DNA of 64,000 nt from the NCBI GenBank assembly GCA_963721385.1, contig CAVRJB010000019.1:981946-1045945 (forward strand), in the 5' to 3' direction. Positions 49,959 through 58,132 of the stretch are shown here, piece after piece; the stretch's first letter is position 1; the number at the start of each line of letters is the position of its first letter. The DNA comes from an uncultured Acidobacteriota bacterium (lineage in GTDB: Bacteria; Acidobacteriota; Thermoanaerobaculia; UBA5066). The notes under the pieces were generated by a model. That model saw only the letters and a list, made by a program, of their open reading frames with translations. It was not told the DNA's origin and did not search any database. The position numbers and the translations under genes are program-made.

Positions 49959-51140
49959 TCACGCGGTCTTCGTGCCCTCCTCGTCCCACGGCGGGAGCAC
50001 CTTCAGGAGAGCCCAGAGGATGACGAACGGGAGGATCAGCAGGAGGATCGCCGGAAGGAGACCCTCGCGCGTGGCGAAGGCCATCTTGTACGTCGTGTAG
50101 CCGAGAAAGCTCTTCGAGAAGAGCTGCCCGCCGATGACCACGTTCCACCGCATGGCGAAGATGCCGATGAGCGTCAGGACCCCTGCCAGAACGTAGATTC
50201 CCTTCCGGGCCCCCTCCGTCAGCTTCACGATCTGCGTGAAAGCGAGGAGTCCGATCGGGACGATCGTGCCGAAGACGATCTGGATGAGGATCTGCGACGT
50301 GTAGAGCCGCGTCCGGACCATGAAGTCGAGGCTCTGGAACGACTCGTCGGCTTCGTAGATCCGGTGGATCAGGTCGAGCAGCTCGATCGAGAAGTCGATC
50401 AGGAAGGCGTACAGGAGGTACCGGGCGATCGTGTCGATGCACGGCATGTCGATCTCGATTCCCTTGAGGAAGCAGACCGCCATGTACATCAGGAGGACGA
50501 GGGCGATGCCCGAGACGATCGCCGAGAAGAGAAAGACGATCGGCATCACGGGAGTCGACCACCACGGATTCGCCTTGACCGACCCGAAGATGAAGCCCAC
50601 GTATCCGTGCAGGAAGAACGCCGATGGGATGCCGATGATCGTGATGAAGCGGCCGACCTTGTCGTCCACCTTCAGCGAGGCCTCGCTGATGTCGTCGACG
50701 CCGAGCGTGAGCGCCTTGTAGAGCTTCTTCTTCCACCCCGCCTCGCTCCGCGACATCAGGACGATCTCCTTCCGGTAGTCGAGCCAGATCTCGACGACGA
50801 GGACCGCCATCAGGTACCAGAGGTAGACGAAGCCGAACATCGCCATCGCCGACGTGGTGTGCGGCGTCAGGTACATCTCGTACGAGCGTTCGGGGTGGCC
50901 GAGGTGGAGCTGCAGGGGAAGCGGCGCGACGAGGAGAAAGGCCAGCGCCGTCAGGAGCGCCAGCCGGTAGGTCGGCTTCACGGCCTGGACGTTGAAGACG
51001 CGCTCGAGCGAGGCGAGGATGAAAGCCCCGGCGACGAGTCCGGTGGTGAAGGGGTAGAGGACGATCAGGATGCTCCACTGAAGCTCGATCTCGTTGGGGT
51101 ACATGTACCCCTGGACCGCGGAAATGAGGGCTTCTTCCAT
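49959..51140 (-). CDS. nrfD: NrfD/PsrC-family membrane subunit
   Basis: WSILIVLYPFTTGLVAG, LHLGHPERSYEM, TSAMAMFG, LHGYVGFIFG, RWNVVIGGQ. Confidence 0.9.
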   Translation of the reverse strand: MEEALISAVQGYMYPNEIELQWSILIVLYPFTTGLVAGAFILASLERVFNVQAVKPTYRLALLTALAFLLVAPLPLQLHLGHPERSYEMYLTPHTTSAMAMFGFVYLWYLMAVLVVEIWLDYRKEIVLMSRSEAGWKKKLYKALTLGVDDISEASLKVDDKVGRFITIIGIPSAFFLHGYVGFIFGSVKANPWWSTPVMPIVFLFSAIVSGIALVLLMYMAVCFLKGIEIDMPCIDTIARYLLYAFLIDFSIELLDLIHRIYEADESFQSLDFMVRTRLYTSQILIQIVFGTIVPIGLLAFTQIVKLTEGARKGIYVLAGVLTLIGIFAMRWNVVIGGQLFSKSFLGYTTYKMAFATREGLLPAILLLILPFVILWALLKVLPPWDEEGTKTA

Positions 51141-51144
51141 CGTC

Positions 51145-51906
51145 CTATCTCACCGTCCCGTCGAGGTTGTTGTAATAGACCTTCGCGCCGGTCGCCATCT
51201 GCGGCTTGAGGACCTGGACCATGTGCGTCCTGAGGAACTCGTGCACGGGGTCCTTCGGGTTCTTCAGGTCGATGAGCTGGCGAGCCCCGGTGGGGCAGGC
51301 CTCGCAGCAGGCGGTGGTCAGTCCCTTCGTGATCCGGTGGTAGCAGAGGTTGCACTTGTCGACCGTGTTCGTGGCGGGGTGGATGTACCGGCAGCCGTAC
51401 GGGCAGGCCTGAATGCAATAGCGGCAGCCGAGGCAGTAGGTCTTGTCCACGAGGACGGCGCCGTCAGGGGTCTCGAAGGTGGCTCCCACCGGACACACCT
51501 GCGTGCAGGGGGAGTGCGCGCACTGGTTGCAGAGCTTCGGCACGAAGAAGCTCTTGGCCCCGTCGCCCGCCGGGTACTTCTCGGCAAAGCCGTCGTAGCC
51601 GCCGTTCGGGGAGTCGACGTCGGGATGCTCGGACCAGCCCCCCTCGATGTGATACCGCTCGACCCAGGTCCGGAAGAAAAACGGCTCGAGGGGGACGCCG
51701 TTTTCGGCCTTGTCGGCCCGGACGCAGTTGCCGCACCCGATGCACTTTCCGATGTCGATGATCATCCCCCAGTAGTGATCCGCCATCTTGTAGGCGGGCT
51801 CCATCTCCTTGCCGGACTCGGCGGCCGAAAGGTAAGCGGCCGCGGGAGCCGTGACGATCAGGAGCTTGCCGGCCGTGAGGACGAAATCCCGGCGGTTCGA
51901 CGTCAT
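51145..51906 (-). CDS. nrfC: NrfC/DmsB-family 4x[Fe-S] electron-transfer subunit with Tat signal
   Basis: Tat SNRRDFV; Cys groups CIGCGNCVRAD, CNQCAHSPCTQVC, CLGCRYCIQAC, CNLC...ACCEAC. Confidence 0.9.
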   Translation of the reverse strand: MTSNRRDFVLTAGKLLIVTAPAAAYLSAAESGKEMEPAYKMADHYWGMIIDIGKCIGCGNCVRADKAENGVPLEPFFFRTWVERYHIEGGWSEHPDVDSPNGGYDGFAEKYPAGDGAKSFFVPKLCNQCAHSPCTQVCPVGATFETPDGAVLVDKTYCLGCRYCIQACPYGCRYIHPATNTVDKCNLCYHRITKGLTTACCEACPTGARQLIDLKNPKDPVHEFLRTHMVQVLKPQMATGAKVYYNNLDGTVR

Positions 51907-52373
51907 GATTTCGGCTCCTTGTTCGGCGCGTGCGAAGCGTGGCATCCGTGGCAGTCGCCGCCGTCGAAGTGCGCCTTCAGCTCGATCTGCGGGAACTTCC
52001 TGGGCTTGGCCACGTTGGCGAGGTGGCACCTCACGCAGAGCGTCTTCGGCTCCGGCTTCGCCGGCTTCAGCGCGGACGGGTCCTCCGCGTGCCGGGCAAG
52101 AGGCCCGTGGCAGGCCTCGCAGCCGACGCCGGCGTGCTTGCCCGCCGCCAGTTCCTCCTTTTTGTCCGTGTGGCAGTCGCCGCAAGGGGCCCGACCGGCG
52201 AAGGAGACCGGCCGGGACCGGTTGTCCGCGAGCGCCCCGGCCCGGTAGTGCCCGTAGAGGCCGAAACCCTTGGGGACGAAGATCGCGCGGGCGAGCACGA
52301 ACAGGACGAGTCCCGCGGCGAAGAGGCCCGCCATCCGGACAAGGTGCATCTTGTCCTTGAAGAACTTCTGCAT
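51903..52373 (-). CDS. Membrane-anchored tetraheme cytochrome c
   Basis: N-terminal TM; four CxxCH motifs (CGDCH, CEACH, CVRCH, CHGCH). Confidence 0.92.
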   Translation of the reverse strand: MQKFFKDKMHLVRMAGLFAAGLVLFVLARAIFVPKGFGLYGHYRAGALADNRSRPVSFAGRAPCGDCHTDKKEELAAGKHAGVGCEACHGPLARHAEDPSALKPAKPEPKTLCVRCHLANVAKPRKFPQIELKAHFDGGDCHGCHASHAPNKEPKS

Positions 52374-52464
52374 GATGGCCGACTATTGATCCGGCGACGG
52401 CTGGCTGGCCATGATCAAACCGGATGGACGGAGTGATTCACTTGCATCACGTGTCCGGTCGCGC

Positions 52465-52501
52465 CCGGCCTCCGCGCCCTTGATCGGGGCGCGAAGGCCG
52501 G
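52465..52501. terminator. GC-rich stem-loop just downstream of the cytochrome b-multiheme gene (terminator or mRNA stabiliser)
   Basis: ccggcct-c-cgcgccc / gggcgcg-a-aggccgg inverted repeat; no clear U-tract. Confidence 0.4.
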
Positions 52502-52510
52502 AGGCGACGG

Positions 52511-55500
52511 TCAGCGCCGCGAGCCCGGTTCGCGGTCAACCTGACGGATCTTCGCGTAGAGGAGGATCCCGAAGATCGAGATGAAGGCCGTCGTGAGCAG
52601 AAGGCCGTTTCGCCGGTAGCGGTACTCCCCCCACGTTTTCGCGGTCCCGTCCTTCAGCTGGTCGACGGATTTCGACGCCGCCTCCGAGTTCCGCAGGAAG
52701 TCGCTTCGGTCGAACGTGTGGGTGCCGAGGCGGGTCTTCCGGAGGGCGTCGTTTACCGCGCTGGACTGGAACCGGAGTTCGTCCACGTCGAAGCCCCGCT
52801 CCGAAAGGTGGTCGACCTCGGTCTCGAGCGTCGAGGCCCGGCCGGCGAGGCCGGTGATCGTCGTGTAGAAGAAGCCCGCCGTCTCGATGCATTTCGGCGT
52901 CCCGAACTTCTCGTGGCAATCCGTGCAGAGCGCCTTCGGCCCGGGCTTGAGCATCGCGTCCGTGGGAACCTCGATCAGGTGGTTGTTGTGACAGGTGGCG
53001 CATTCGGGCCACTGGTTCCGCTCGAAGGCCTTCTTGTGCGGGCTGCCGTCGAACAGCGTCGCATTGGACGCGTGGCAGTGCCGGCAAACCTGCGAAACGA
53101 ATGCCGTCTGCGGCTGCAGGGCGGCGTGGTTCCCGTGACAGCCGTTGCAGGCCGGGGCTCCGGCGTCGTGCTTCTTCAGAAGGGCAATGCCGTGCACGCT
53201 CTTCCGGTACTGCGCCAGCTGGTTCGTCGGGAGCGGCCTTCCGTCGGGAAGGCTGTAGCCCTTCATGTACGCGGCATCGGCGTGACACCGGCCGCAGGTC
53301 GTCGGGATGTTCTCGGGGAAGACGAGCGACGCCGGGCTGTCGGGGCCGCGGATGCCGTGGACGCCGTGGCAGCTGACGCACTGGGCCGCCTTCGAGTCCT
53401 TTTTCGTGAGGAGGAGCTCGCCGTGACGGCTGCTCCGGTACTTGGCGAGCTGGTCCACGGGGAGCTTCGGGTTGTAGCTCCGCATGAACTCGCTCGAGGA
53501 GTGGCACCGGGCGCAGAACCCGGGGATCCAGGAAAGGTCCTTCTTTCGCGCCTCGCCGGCCGGCCAGCGCTTGTAGATCTCGGGGGACATCTCCATGTCG
53601 GTCGGCTTGCCGCCGTGGCAGCCGGAGCACATCAGGCCCTTGCGGAAGTGGACGTCGCTCACGACTTCCTTCAGGTCCAGGTGTCCGTACGGCGCGCTGT
53701 GGTCCTCGCGGATCCTGAAGATGATCTCGTCCGGCAGGTCCGGATTGCTGTGGCACAGGACGCAGTTGTCCGAGAGGACGAGCTCGGTCTTTCGGTCGTC
53801 GAGCTCCAGCGAGAGGAGCGTGGCGAGCTGGACGGGGGACGCAAGGAGTCCGGAAGCCGCCGCCTTGAAGAAGAGCTCCTGGGCGTGACTCGGGAGCTCC
53901 CGGAATCGGGCCTTCGATTTCTCGTCGAGGACCGGCTTTCCTTTTTCCTCGGCGGCGAAGAGCTTCCGGAAATCGGCGGGCCACGAGCCCTCGGCGACGT
54001 GGGCGCCCGCCGGGGCGGCAGATGCGGTCGTCGGCGGGGCGGGGGCGCCCTTCTCTTCGGCGCGGGCCGGGATCCCAGTCAACGAGGCCAGAACGAGGAT
54101 CGCCGCGGCTCCGGCCGCGCCGCGTCGGGTGTACCTGAAGAGGCCGTAGGCCGCGAGGAGCGCGGCGGCGATCCCGCCGGCTGCGAGCCAGCTGACGTGG
54201 GCGAAGCCGTTGAGAAACGCCTGAAGGAGGACCGCCGCCGTGAAGACGAACGCCACGTGCTTGTAGCGGAGGCGGCGGAACGCCGTCACGAGGAAGCCCG
54301 CCGCGAAGGTCCAGATCGCGGCCGTCCGCGCGATGACGGCGGCGAGGGCCGGGTCGGCGGCGGGGTCCTGGCCCTTCGGGACGGTGACGCCGATGTCCCA
54401 GGCTTTGAGCGTCAGGAAGCCGATGAAGAGGAGGCCTGCCACGCCGAGGTCCGTGAAGAGCGGGCTCGGCTTGTCCTTCGCCGCGTTCCGGTCGAGGAGC
54501 GGGACGAAGAACGCGATCCCCATCAGGATCGTCGAGAGGAGCAGGCAGGCCTGCGGGCCTTCCATCCCGAGGACGTGCGCCGGGAACTCCTTGAGCATCT
54601 GGTAGATCCAGAGGAAATACCACTCCGGCTTGATTCCCGGGTAGGCGGGCTTCAGCGGGTTCGCCTTGTCGCCGAGCGCCCACTCCATCCCCGGGATCCC
54701 CGGCCCGAAAGGAAGAACGACGGCCAGGATCGCGAGAGCGTTCAGACAGACGACCCACAGCAGGACGTCTCGCAGGGCGAAGTTCGGGAAGAAGGGCATG
54801 CCGGGGGACCGCGGCGCCGGATGGTGTTCGGACTCGAGCGGCTCGGCCATCCCCTGGCGCTGCACGAAGAGGAGGTGGACGCCGATGATCCCGGCGATCA
54901 CGAGCGGAAGGATGCAGACGTGGAGGGCGAAGAAGCGGTAGAGCGTCTGAACCGAGACCTCTTCGCCTCCCCGGAGAACGCGGAGGAGCCACGGGCCGAC
55001 GAGCGGGACGGACTTCACCGAATCGGTGCCGACGGCCGTCGCGAAGTAGCTCAGCTCGTTCCACGGCAGGAGGTAACCCGAGAAGCCGAAGCCGAGGACG
55101 AGGCCGAACATCGCGAAGCCCGAATACCAGGTCATTTCTCGCGGCTTCCGGTAAGCCTTCACGAAGAGGACGCTGAAGAGGTGGACCAGGACGGCGAGGC
55201 TCATCAGGTGGGCCGACCAGCAGTGGATCGATCGGATCAGCCACCCGAACGGCACGTGGCCGACGAGGTATTTCATGCTCTCGTACGACGTCTTCTCTCC
55301 GACCTGGTAGTACATGAGGAGCAGGATCCCGGTCACGATCTGGACGACGAAGAAGAAGAGAGAGACTCCGCCGAAGTAGTACCAGACCGTCGAGTGCGCG
55401 CCGACCGGGACTTCCTTGTGGCTCAGGAACTCGACGAGCCCGGAGATCTGGTATCTCTCGTCCAGCGCGTGCCAGAGCCGGCCGAGCGCGGTCGTCTGCG

Positions 55501-55528
55501 GAGGCCCGGAAGCCGGGTTCGTGCTCAC
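52511..55528 (-). CDS. Cytochrome b (Rieske/cyt b complex type) fused to a nine-heme cytochrome c domain, 1005 aa
   Basis: GTGA overlap with the Rieske stop. Heme-b His pairs IHCWSAH...VH and ALH...GVH; GFSGYLLPWN; PEWY. Nine CxxCH: CVLCH, CSGCH, CARCH, CVSCH, CGRCH, CNGCH, CRHCH, CATCH, CTDCH. C-terminal TM helix. Confidence 0.95.
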   Translation of the reverse strand: MSTNPASGPPQTTALGRLWHALDERYQISGLVEFLSHKEVPVGAHSTVWYYFGGVSLFFFVVQIVTGILLLMYYQVGEKTSYESMKYLVGHVPFGWLIRSIHCWSAHLMSLAVLVHLFSVLFVKAYRKPREMTWYSGFAMFGLVLGFGFSGYLLPWNELSYFATAVGTDSVKSVPLVGPWLLRVLRGGEEVSVQTLYRFFALHVCILPLVIAGIIGVHLLFVQRQGMAEPLESEHHPAPRSPGMPFFPNFALRDVLLWVVCLNALAILAVVLPFGPGIPGMEWALGDKANPLKPAYPGIKPEWYFLWIYQMLKEFPAHVLGMEGPQACLLLSTILMGIAFFVPLLDRNAAKDKPSPLFTDLGVAGLLFIGFLTLKAWDIGVTVPKGQDPAADPALAAVIARTAAIWTFAAGFLVTAFRRLRYKHVAFVFTAAVLLQAFLNGFAHVSWLAAGGIAAALLAAYGLFRYTRRGAAGAAAILVLASLTGIPARAEEKGAPAPPTTASAAPAGAHVAEGSWPADFRKLFAAEEKGKPVLDEKSKARFRELPSHAQELFFKAAASGLLASPVQLATLLSLELDDRKTELVLSDNCVLCHSNPDLPDEIIFRIREDHSAPYGHLDLKEVVSDVHFRKGLMCSGCHGGKPTDMEMSPEIYKRWPAGEARKKDLSWIPGFCARCHSSSEFMRSYNPKLPVDQLAKYRSSRHGELLLTKKDSKAAQCVSCHGVHGIRGPDSPASLVFPENIPTTCGRCHADAAYMKGYSLPDGRPLPTNQLAQYRKSVHGIALLKKHDAGAPACNGCHGNHAALQPQTAFVSQVCRHCHASNATLFDGSPHKKAFERNQWPECATCHNNHLIEVPTDAMLKPGPKALCTDCHEKFGTPKCIETAGFFYTTITGLAGRASTLETEVDHLSERGFDVDELRFQSSAVNDALRKTRLGTHTFDRSDFLRNSEAASKSVDQLKDGTAKTWGEYRYRRNGLLLTTAFISIFGILLYAKIRQVDREPGSRR

Positions 55529-56004
55529 GCGACACCTCCCGGTTTCGAGACCGTGATCGTCCCCTTCAGATCTCCGTCCACGGCGTAGGCCGCGAGCGGC
55601 CGGGGCGGGGGACCCGAGAGGACCCGGCCGTCGAGGGAGAACTTCCCGTTGTGGCAGGCGCACCAGATGAGGGCGTCGGCGGCGACGAACTGCACCGTGC
55701 ACCCCTCGTGCGTGCACTTGGCCGAGAACGCGCACAGCTTTTCGTCCTTCTTCTTCAGGACGATGACCCGATCCGAGCCGATCCGCGTGATCAGGGAGCC
55801 CATGTTGGAGAGCTCCTGCCTCTGGGCGTCGGTCAGGGTGATCTTGTTCGGGCCGCCGGCGTCCTTGGGTGGCGTCAGGTACCGGAGGATCGGGTAGACG
55901 ACGGCCGCCGCCCAGGCGACGAGGCTGCCGCCGAGCAGGGTGTCGAGCCAGCGCCGCCGCGAGACCGGCTTGCCGGCGCCGTCCGGTTGAAGGTCTTCGC
56001 TCAC
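55525..56004 (-). CDS. Rieske [2Fe-2S] protein
   Basis: AGGAGG RBS; Tat VSRRRWL plus TM; CTHEGC and CACHNGKF; GPPPRPL. Confidence 0.95.
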   Translation of the reverse strand: MSEDLQPDGAGKPVSRRRWLDTLLGGSLVAWAAAVVYPILRYLTPPKDAGGPNKITLTDAQRQELSNMGSLITRIGSDRVIVLKKKDEKLCAFSAKCTHEGCTVQFVAADALIWCACHNGKFSLDGRVLSGPPPRPLAAYAVDGDLKGTITVSKPGGVA

Positions 56005-56086
56005 GTGGCCTCCTGCTTTTTGGGGGTGAGTCTAGCGGACGGTCGGCCCGGCGTCGCATAAGATCCGGACGGAAAGTGGGGGGAGC

Positions 56087-56845
56087 ATGGACGGAAGAAA
56101 CCTCGTCGAGTCGCTGTTTCGCTGGATCCACGTCCTGGCCGGCATCCTCTGGATTGGCCAGCTCTGGTTCTTCAACTGGGTCAATTCGAATTTCGTGCCG
56201 ACGATGGACGCGGAGACGAAGAAGAAAGTCGTCCCGGAGCTGATGCCCCGGGTGCTCTACCTCTTCCGCTGGGGTGCGGCCTGGACCTGGGTCACGGGGC
56301 TCCTGCTGCTCGGGCTCGTCTACCACGCCACGGGGCTGCAGTTCGCCGATCCCGGCGCAAAGAACGCCATGGCGGGGGGGATCCTGACCCTGGTGGCGCT
56401 CCTGATGTTCGCGGTCTACGACCCGGTCATGAAGGCGATCGCGAAGCCCGAGGTCCAGGCGGCCGTCGGCTTCGTCGGGATCGTGGTCCTCGTCTGGGCC
56501 TTTGCGTCCGTGGGGGGGTTCGGGTGGCGCGGCACGGCCATCCACCTCGGGACGACGCTCGGCACGATCATGGCGGCGAACGTCTGGATGCGGATCTGGC
56601 CCGCGCAGCGGAAGATCATCACGGCGACGAAGAACGGCGAGAAGCCCGACCCGGCGCTCGTCGCCCAGGCGGGGCTCCGGTCGAAGCACAACACGTACAT
56701 GTCGGTGCCGCTCGTCTTCACGATGCTCGCGCAGCACGCCACGTGGGCCGCCGGTACTCTCTGGGCGCTCCCCGTCGTCGTCCTCGTCGGCTGGGGCTTC
56801 GTCTTCTGGATGTACGGCAAGGCGGCGAAGGTCAAGGGATTCTGA
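56087..56845 (+). CDS. PuuD N-terminal-like (Urate_ox_N/DUF989-type) integral membrane protein, no cytochrome c domain
   Basis: FRWIHVLAGILWIG, FRWGAAWTWVTG, GTIMAANVWMRIWPAQRKI, RSKHNTYMSVP; no CxxCH. Confidence 0.75.
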   Translation: MDGRNLVESLFRWIHVLAGILWIGQLWFFNWVNSNFVPTMDAETKKKVVPELMPRVLYLFRWGAAWTWVTGLLLLGLVYHATGLQFADPGAKNAMAGGILTLVALLMFAVYDPVMKAIAKPEVQAAVGFVGIVVLVWAFASVGGFGWRGTAIHLGTTLGTIMAANVWMRIWPAQRKIITATKNGEKPDPALVAQAGLRSKHNTYMSVPLVFTMLAQHATWAAGTLWALPVVVLVGWGFVFWMYGKAAKVKGF

Positions 56846-56891
56846 TCCGGGAACCGGATCCCCGGTTCCTCGGTCGAAGGGTGGGCAGGCC

Positions 56892-58101
56892 ATGCGGCGA
56901 CTCGCGCTCCCTCTGACGACGCTCCTGCTCTTCGGGACCGCCGTCGGCGCTTCCGAACCCGGGGGCTCGGCCTTCACGGCCGGGAACACCGCGTTCGCCC
57001 TCGACCTCTACCGCGAGGTCGGGAAGGGCGGAAAGAACATCTTCTTCTCGCCGGTGAGCCTCTCGGAGACGCTCGCCATGGCCTGGGCCGGCGCGCAGGG
57101 AGAGACGGCCCGGCAGATGGCGAAGGTCCTCCGATTCCCGGCACGGGAGGAAGAGGTCCACGCGGGCTTCCGCGACCTCGAGCGGCGGATTTCGGCGATT
57201 CAGGCTGGCGGGAAGGCGGAGCTGGCGGTCGCGAACGCCCTCTGGACCCGGGCCGGCGAGCCGCTCCTGCCGCGGTTCGTGACGCTGCTCAGAGATTCCT
57301 ACGGTGCCGCGCCGACGCCCGTCGACTATGCGAAGGCGCCCGAACTGGCGCGAAAGACGATCAACGCGTGGGTCGCGTCGAAGACGCGGGACCGGATCCA
57401 GGACCTCCTCCCTCCGGATTCCCTGGACCGCTCCACCCGGCTCGTCCTCACCAACGCGATCTACCTTCAAGGGAAAGTGGAAGAGCCCGTTCGAGAAGTC
57501 GATGACCGTGGACGCCCCGTTCTTCGTCGCGCCGGGGAAGAAGGTGGCGGCTCCGTTCCTGCGCGGCTCGCCGAAGTCCGGCTACCTCGAGGTCGAGGGC
57601 GCGCAGCTCCTCTTGCTGCCGTATGAAGGAGACGACCTGTCCCTCGCCGTCCTCCTCCCCCGGGAAGCCGACGGGCTCGCCGCGCTGGAGGAGTCCCTCA
57701 CGGCCGAGCGTCTGACGGCGTGGCTGTCGGCGGCGGGCCGCGCCCGCCAGGCCGTCGAAGTCTTCCTGCCGCGGTTCCGGATGGCGACCGGCTTCACGCT
57801 CAAGGCGGCGCTCACGTCGCTCGGGATGACCGACGCCTTCGACCCGTCCCGGGCGGACTTCGCCGGGATGAGCAGCGCCCCGCCCGGCCTCTTCATCGGG
57901 GAGGGCTTCCACAAGGCGTTCGTCGAGGTGAACGAGGAGGGGACCGAGGCGGCCGCCGCGACCGGCATCGTGATCATGCCCACGTCGATGCCCCCCCCGA
58001 AGCCGGTCTTCCGGGCGGACCACCCGTTTCTCTTCCTGATCCGGGATGAAGCGAGCGGAGCGGTCCTCTTCCTGGGGCGCGTCGCGGACCCGACGCACTG
58101 A
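56892..58101 (+). CDS. Secreted serpin, frameshift at 57464-57465
   Basis: Signal peptide; [31 protein letters not shown], then (extra C) FKGKW; [13 protein letters not shown] hinge; [11 protein letters not shown]. Confidence 0.92.
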
Positions 58102-58108
58102 CCTCGCG

Positions 58109-58132
58109 GCCCGCCGCCAGCCGGAGGCGGGC
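58109..58132. terminator. Short hairpin between the convergent serpin and ccmF genes
   Basis: gcccgcc-N10-ggcgggc; position suits a bidirectional terminator, but there is no U-tract. Confidence 0.3.

Noticed and set aside
49959-52373. Calling the tetraheme-NrfC-NrfD module alternative complex III, or a nitrite/polysulfide reductase
   Set aside because: No ActB molybdopterin-like domain, no ActD/E/F, and no NrfA or PsrA catalytic subunit in the window. The nrfC/nrfD symbols denote family only.
52511-56989. 1492-aa ORF as a giant cytochrome
   Set aside because: The first ~487 codons are shadow sequence over the Rieske and PuuD-like genes; the real start is GTG 55528.
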